64,000 nt of DNA, from the NCBI RefSeq assembly GCF_009914755.1, contig NC_060933.1; one strand, 5' to 3'. Made by a program: the position numbers and the translations under genes. This DNA is from the human T2T-CHM13v2.0 reference genome, Homo sapiens. Shown here one piece after another: positions 56,855 to 64,000 of the stretch. Within the stretch, counting starts at the first letter, position 1, and each line of letters begins with the position of its first letter. The notes under the pieces are model-generated. The model made no database searches. It was not told where the DNA came from and was given only the letters and a program-made list of their open reading frames with translations.

Positions 56855-57500
56855 GGGGCAGAGTGATGGGAGTGGCCGGCCCTAGGTGTGGGCTATAAGT
56901 GTGTGCACTGACCACAGAATATTAAAAGATTGGTAAAACCATCGCAGTTGGTATGATTTTTATTATCACCATGAGACAGCAATTCTAAACAACCTCAGTG
57001 ATAAAATACTCCTTCCCTGAAAAATAAAGCATTTGTTGGTCTGAGTTATAAGCTATTGCTGAATGTACATGGAATTTTAACAATGTATAGGTAAGCTTTA
57101 AATTAGCATATTGTATTACTTATGCTTTAATAGACATTGCATTTTACATGGAAGTTAATTTAGAGATGCCCCAGGCACAGCAGTCGGGGAAGGTGCCACT
57201 ATACACACTGGTTTTGAGAGCAAGTGTGTAACAGTTTGTGACCATTCAAGCTCTCTTTGGGCACAGTGTGCATCTGATCCAATGATACCATAATGCTTGC
57301 AAAGATGAAAAACAGAGGTTGACTTACTTCAATTCAGTTTTCTATGTGGCTCTGACAAGTTTTTAGTTTCAAAAATAAAAAAGTCTTCTTTTTAAATTGC
57401 TAGCTATTTTATAACTTACAAAAAATAAAAAATAATGATGGCTCTGGATTGCTACATGATTATCATAGAAGAGGATTTTGTCATACAGTGGAAGCAAGCA
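56855..57500. mobile_element. hAT-Tip100 DNA transposon fossil (Arthur1-like)
   Basis: ttttattatcaccatg...gcaattctaaacaacctcagtgataaaatactcc...acatggaagttaatt; family name recalled. Confidence 0.55.
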
Positions 57501-57579
57501 TTAATAAACACCTCCTGACCTTGCTCTATTTCCTTGGACACATCAAGCTTGATCTTGACTGTGAGCCTTCACTCTACCT

Positions 57580-57810
57580 CAGTGGTTCTCAACCAGGGCA
57601 GTTTGGCCCCCAGGACATTGGCAATGGCTGGGGACATTTTGACCATCACAACTAGGGATGGGGTGAGGGAGTTGCTACTGGCATCCAGCAGGCAGAGCCC
57701 AGGGATGCTGCTGAGTGTCCTACAGTGCACAGGACAGTGGCGCAAAGGAAAGAATTATCTGGTCCAAAATGCTGATAATGTCAAAGTGAGAAAGTTTAGA
57801 AACGCTGCTG
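57580..57810. mobile_element. MER20 hAT-Charlie element
   Basis: cagtggttctcaacc...ggacattggcaatg...tgctactggcatc...cagggatgctgct...acagtgcacaggacag. Confidence 0.88.
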
Positions 57811-57811
57811 T

Positions 57812-58170
57812 CCTCTCTGCCTAGAACACACCTGCATCAGAGCTTCTCGTGGCTCATTCCTTGACACTGAAGTCTCAGAATAAAAGGAACCTCCCTGTAG
57901 AGGTCTTCCCCTGACCAGCCCTCCAGAGGAGAACCCACCTCGGTCTCTCACCACCAGATCACCTGATCTTACTTAGTTTTCTTCATAACATTTGCACCAC
58001 CCAAAATTAAGCTTTTGCACTTATGTGTTCGCTACTTGGTTTATGTTTTTGTCCTGTGAACAGAAGCACAATGAAAGCAGGGACTTCGTTCACTATTGTA
58101 TCCCCAGTGCTTACATAGGTGACTGACAGTTACTAGGAGCTCAATAAATATGTGTATAACTAATGAACGG
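57812..58170 (+). mobile_element. L2 3' end
   Basis: gttcactattgtatccccagtgcttac...ggagctcaataaatatgtg. Confidence 0.75.
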
Positions 58171-58429
58171 ACAAGAACAAGATAACAGATATTTACTGCA
58201 GTTTCTACACTAATGTGAAGTCCTGCATTGTAAGTTTTCTCTATCACTGGGGGATTGTTTCTTTGCTTTATTTAATAGTCATTCACATATCTAGAGATTA
58301 GAATAACATTTCTGATTGTCTGAATTCAGGATGAAAGATAGTTCATATTCCTTTTGACATATACATTCAGTTGTTGTTTTAATGTTAATATTCCAATCAA
58401 CGTGGTAGTTCTTTCTTTAACAAGTTTAA

Positions 58430-58809
<380 letters not shown>

Positions 58810-59626
58810 AAGAGTGATAGATTTTAAATATAGGAAGATAATTGATCCCTCAGACATTCTGCAAGCTATGATTATGACTGTGATTACATTTGTCTTTAAA
58901 TTATGCTAGCATATTATTAAGACAGGGATACTGTTACCCACTATGATGAACTTATTTGGCGGTGGCAGAGGGAGAATTACACATAGTCATTTCATTTTAA
59001 ACATTTTTAAAATGTCCATATTCTTCCACTAGGCAGATGCAAGATGCCTTACAACCCTGGGCTGGATGGGTACAAAGAAGTCAGACATGGTCCCTGGGGA
59101 ATCTTCCAAAAATTAACAGGCTTATTACATGGGGGACAAGATATGCATTAATTAGCCAAGACACAAGCTATACTAGCACTACATTCCAGACGTGGTATAG
59201 AGAAAAGGCTCCCGAAGTCCAGTTGTTAGATATGGCAGATCATGGAGACCTTGGTGGAGGAGGTGGCACTGAGTTGGGTATTGAAGAGTGGAATGGGTTT
59301 GAATGTGAAGGAATGGGAGCAAGAGCAATGCAGCCAGAGGGAATTTCATGAGCAGAGGTGTGAAAGCTGATGCAGTGTGGGGTGAAACAAAGCAGCAAGC
59401 ATTTTGCTTTGACTGGACTGGGGATATGGAAGGGGAGTAGCAGAGAACAAGGTTCCGATGGCAATGATGGCTGGGTGCTCCAACACACTAGAACTACCGG
59501 CTGAGGTGTTGGGCCTCCCTGAGCTGTGGACATGAAACCACTAAGGGCTTTGAAGAATGCAGGCGAGATGACTGGAGCTTCAGGAAAAGGAACCTTGAAA
59601 CACTGCTTAGGAAGAATCAGGGTTTT

Positions 59627-59790
59627 GGCTGAATCAGTGCAGTGGCTCACACCTGTAATCCCAGCACTTTAAGAGGCCGAGGAGGGAGGATGCTTGAGCC
59701 CAGTAGATTGAGACTGCAGTGAGCTGTGATTGCACCACTGCACTCCAGCCTGGGCGACAGAGTGAGATCCTGTCTTAAAAAAAAAAAAAG
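59627..59790 (+). mobile_element. Alu monomer (FRAM/FLAM-like)
   Basis: Single monomer with A-tail, immediately followed by a second Alu. Confidence 0.88.
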
Positions 59791-59795
59791 AAGAG

Positions 59796-60191
<396 letters not shown>

Positions 60192-61389
60192 TCATCCTAG
60201 TAGACCCATGCATTGATAACAAGAAGCAAAATCTTCTTACACCAGGTCTAACCACCCCACCTAAGGGTAAAAGATGACTGATGATGCCAGTCACCCATGC
60301 AGAGTGCTCCATCCCCTGGGGCCGCTGGGTCACCAGGGCCCACTCTCCCACTCAGACTCACCAGCTGTGTCTTCTGCTGCCAATGCCCTGAGCATCAGTT
60401 ATGCCACCGAAGTCATCACAGACACAGTCATTGCTGCTGACACACAGGAACTTCTGCATTGGGATAGTCTCCCACCAAAGTTGCTATGGCCAAAACCCAG
60501 GGCCCCTTAAACCCCTGCCGCTAAAGCTGATGCTACTATCTTCAGTGGCTGCAGAGGCTGCCAACCAGGCATCCCTGCCATGATGCCAGGACCATCTCTT
60601 GAAATGACCAAGCTACTGGGGCCAAAGCTGCTGACACCCTGTGGCCTCAATGGCCCATGAAGGCTTTAGTGGAACAATTTTTGATGTTATACCCTCTGTC
60701 ATTGTAGCATGTGATCATTACAACTCAGGCACGAGCCTGTGAGGTCTGAGCTGGAGGAAAATCAGTGAGACAGACACTGGGTTTGGGCTTGTCACTGTAG
60801 CAGACTCCAGCTCCGAGCCTCATTCCACCCCACCTCAGCCAGGGCTACCTGCTGGATGGAGAGCATCAGTCAGCCCTGCTGTGTCCTCATCTCCCAACCC
60901 CAACAACTGGCTGTCTGGCACATTTTGAACAATGAGAGGCAGGAGACCAGGAGGTGGGAAGGAACCAGCAGATAAATTCTTACCCTTCTCCATCCCCTGT
61001 TCCTTCTTATTCATGGACAGACTCTTCCGAAGGCTCTGTGGCTCCTGTCCAGGAGGCATCTGTGTGTGTGTCTCCTTGTGAAGGTGTAGTCACCTCGGCA
61101 AACCTCTGCCTTCCATTTGAATCCATTTTCCTTGTCTCAATTCCTTTTCTCCCCTCCCTTTACTCCTGCTGCCTGTGATTACACCCTCCAAGAAAGCTCT
61201 ATTTTTAGGCCCCTCTGGCTAAAATGCTTCTTCTCTGACCCTGACCCAATGTCCATTCTTTCCTTCCTGAGGCTGTTTTCTCAGAAGCTCCTTGAGCCTT
61301 TGTAAAATAGGGCCCTCTGCACTCTCTCAAGCTGCCAGGTTTGGCTGAGTTCTGTGAACCCAGCTTGGGCTGTGGGTGGGAACCCTGTA

Positions 61390-61800
61390 AATCAAAGTCC
61401 AATCAGGAAAACAGAAGCCAGGCCAGGGAGTCCCTCTGGAGTTTTATCAATAACAAGGATTCAATAGAGAGAATAAAATGGTCAGTGAGGAAGGGGCTGA
61501 TAGAGCTGAAGGGGAAAAGAAGACAGAAGACAGTAAGGAAAACAAAGATACTGGCAACACTAGGAAGCTGCTGTCACCCTAAAGGTGGGAAGGACGCAGG
61601 ACGGAGGTGGTGTTACCAGACTTAGCGGAGTGGGAACCACAGCCAGCAGCAGAGCCCAGGAGCTGGGCTACAGAGAGGATGGGGAGGAATATTCTGGCTG
61701 CTCCCTTCTTCCTGCCCTCAAGCCTCTAACCAATTCCCCTCTTTCACCAAACCTAAGGGAAACTATTTGGTAAAAGAGCTTTTGGGAAATGAAGTTAATG
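61390..61800 (-). mobile_element. Ancient ERVL-class LTR (subfamily uncertain)
   Basis: aaagtccaatcaggaaaacagaagcc...ggaagctgctgtcaccc resembles antisense old ERVL LTR termini. Confidence 0.4.
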
Positions 61801-62173
61801 AGGATCAGCCTCCAGTGAAACAGGAAAGGCGGGAGAGAGCGGGGAATGATAGGAAAGCAAGGAAGCCAACGCGTAGCCCAGGATCCAATGTCCCCAAAGC
61901 TGAGCATCCTCCAAACAACTGGACCCTCAGAGACACAGGGCTGAAGGCGCTTGTTCGTTATGAAGTTTCAATGATGATTGCCTAATGTTTTAGGTGCTCA
62001 AGGGTTTTCTTTTAAACTGAGTTTTATGATTGGGGTTGGAGGTGGGTATCCCTATTTTCCTAGATCCATGTATACCCAGCCTATGCTTGGGGTTGACACA
62101 TGGCATTAGAATGTAGAAGGCAGAAAGAAAAGGTTGACATGAACATAATCCTGAAAACAATAATAATTTTCCA

Positions 62174-62321
62174 GGAGAGGGATAGCATTAGGAGAAATAG
62201 CTAATGTAGATGACGGGTTGATGGGTGCAGCAAACCACCATGGCACATGAATACTTAGGTAACAAACCTGCATGTTCTGCACGTGTGTCCCAGAACTTAA
62301 AGTATAATAAAAAATGATAAT
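62174..62321 (+). mobile_element. 5'-truncated L1PA 3' end with TSD
   Basis: gggatagcattaggagaaatagctaatgtagatgacgggttgatgggtgcagcaaaccaccatggcac...cccagaacttaaagtataataa; TSD aataataattttcca at 62159-62173 and 62322-62336. Confidence 0.95.
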
Positions 62322-63908
62322 AATAATAATTTTCCATTTGCCAAAGCATGTAGTAATTTTTGTGACTAAGAAGAAAAGAATGTTGATTATATTTATTTAT
62401 GATTAAATATTAAATTGATCAATATCAAAAGAAACTAATCCAGGTAAAGGATGCAATCATTGTTATTATATATATAATATTAAGAGGGGTTAATCCATTT
62501 AAAATCAATTTAAAAATCAAATATAAGCTGGGCTTTCGACTGAGATTTTACCTTTCAAATCTTAGGCTTGATTTTATTAATTTTGATGAAAGATCAGATA
62601 TTACTCTTAGATAAAAATGATTATCTCTGTTTTTCCAATTAATGTTTTATTAGGTTTTCCACACAACAGCCTCAAATATTTTGACTAGTTACCATTAATA
62701 TTTGTAATTTCAAATAGAATTATCTAGATTTTGAAATGGATAGTTTTCACTAAATAATTGCTAAATATGCAATCAACTCCATGCTAGGTAGATGCAGAGA
62801 TATGTGCTTTATATGCTTTTATGGGTCTGTGGCTGTGCCTTGGCTAAAGCTGAGGAATGCTTCCTGGCAGCCAACGTAAAAAGGAAAACACGATATATGG
62901 CCTTCATCGTTTGATATGAGGAAGAGCTCTAATTCATTGGAAGAGAGACATTTTCCTGGAACTGCACCTCAAAGTACAGTTTGTCAAAAAGATCCAGATA
63001 CAAAGGGTATTAGAGCAACATTGCAGATAATCTCTTTAATAGCAACAGAAAAAAAATCAGAAACATATTTACATGGGTTATTCTTAGAAAGTGTATACTC
63101 GCTCACTCTGCCTGAGCAATGCCAAATACGGCCGAGGAATGACACAAGAATCTCTGCAAGATTATGTTGTCTTGTAAAGAGTTTTTAAAGTTCTAACTTA
63201 GTATAGAGGTAGGGGTTTGAAAACCTTAAGTACAAACTTAGCATGTCTCATAGAATATGTTTCTGTAAACAGAAATGATCTTGAGCAGGTTTAGGCAAGG
63301 GCTGCTGAACTGCCAGTTCTTGTTCCACTCAACGCCAAGTTGCCAGAGAGTGAGGAGTGTGTGTGTGCCTGGGTGGAAAGATTCCTATGCATTAGGTGCT
63401 GTGTGTGGATTATCAGGTTGATATTTTGTCAGAAAATTTAAACAACTTGAGCTACTTTTCTTTTTTCCTGGATGGAAGGCCATCAAGCTTCCTCACAGAA
63501 ATGGGATTGCAAACCATTCGTTCATTCACCCATTCAAACAATTGGTGTTACTGACCAAAACCGATATGACGGGCACTGAGAAAACAGTGAACCAGAAGAC
63601 ATTCTTACATCCTTTATATTCAAGGGAAGGGAAGTTTTTAAAAATAAACAAAAAAACTTTTAGCCAATCCAAGCCTCTTGAAAATCTTACATTCACCATT
63701 CAGAGCTCATTTAGAGCATGTATCATAACAGTCAACAGGCCACTACTGTCTCCAATAAAAACTCATTTTGTGACTTTCAGTATGCTAATTCAAGAAGCCC
63801 CAAGGTGTTGGGTAAGGAATGCCTGAGTGCGGCCTTTCTGATAGAATGCTAGCTCACCATCTTGGACTGTGGATTCCTGGTCAGAGTAACTGATAGAGCC
63901 TGTCTCTG

Positions 63909-63940
63909 CGGAAGTATTTTGTGGCCAGTTGCTGACGTCA
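63909..63940. promoter_or_regulatory. ETS (CGGAAGT) plus perfect CRE (TGACGTCA) motif pair
   Basis: cggaagt 63909-63915; tgacgtca 63933-63940. Confidence 0.35.
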
Positions 63941-64000
63941 TAATTGTCCACATTTGAAGGGAGGAGGAGAGTGAGGGCACATCAAAGGCAGAATCCACAT

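Overview
Primate (very likely human) non-coding genomic DNA, intronic or intergenic. It is dominated by interspersed repeats: about 24 Alu elements or monomers (many with clear target-site duplications), old L1M fragments and one L1PA 3' stub, solo LTRs (LTR12/ERV9-type, MER21, MER34/39-type, LTR16-type, several MLT1 MaLRs), hAT DNA-transposon fossils, MIR/L2 remnants and microsatellites. I find no credible protein-coding gene; the ORF track is explained by Alu/L1 translations and GC-rich shadow ORFs. Three CpG/GC-enriched regulatory-looking segments occur at about 0.8-2.4 kb (ending in a consensus CAG|GTGAGT donor, a candidate first exon on +), 13.6-14.1 kb and 44.4-46.2 kb. I cannot name the locus. 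The most unusual structure is a ~210-bp patchwork at 43582-43793. It is built largely from near-identical inverted copies of sequence 1.9 kb upstream (41763-41822) and 0.9 kb downstream (44589-44644), plus two fold-back hairpins, and looks like a multi-template-switch repair scar with crossed pairing potential. A separate exact 33-bp duplication (37549-37581 / 39162-39194) and a micro-inverted Alu 5' end (17325-17343) are further small templated rearrangements. Repeat subfamily names come from recall of consensus sequences, not from a database search, and repeat boundaries are approximate.
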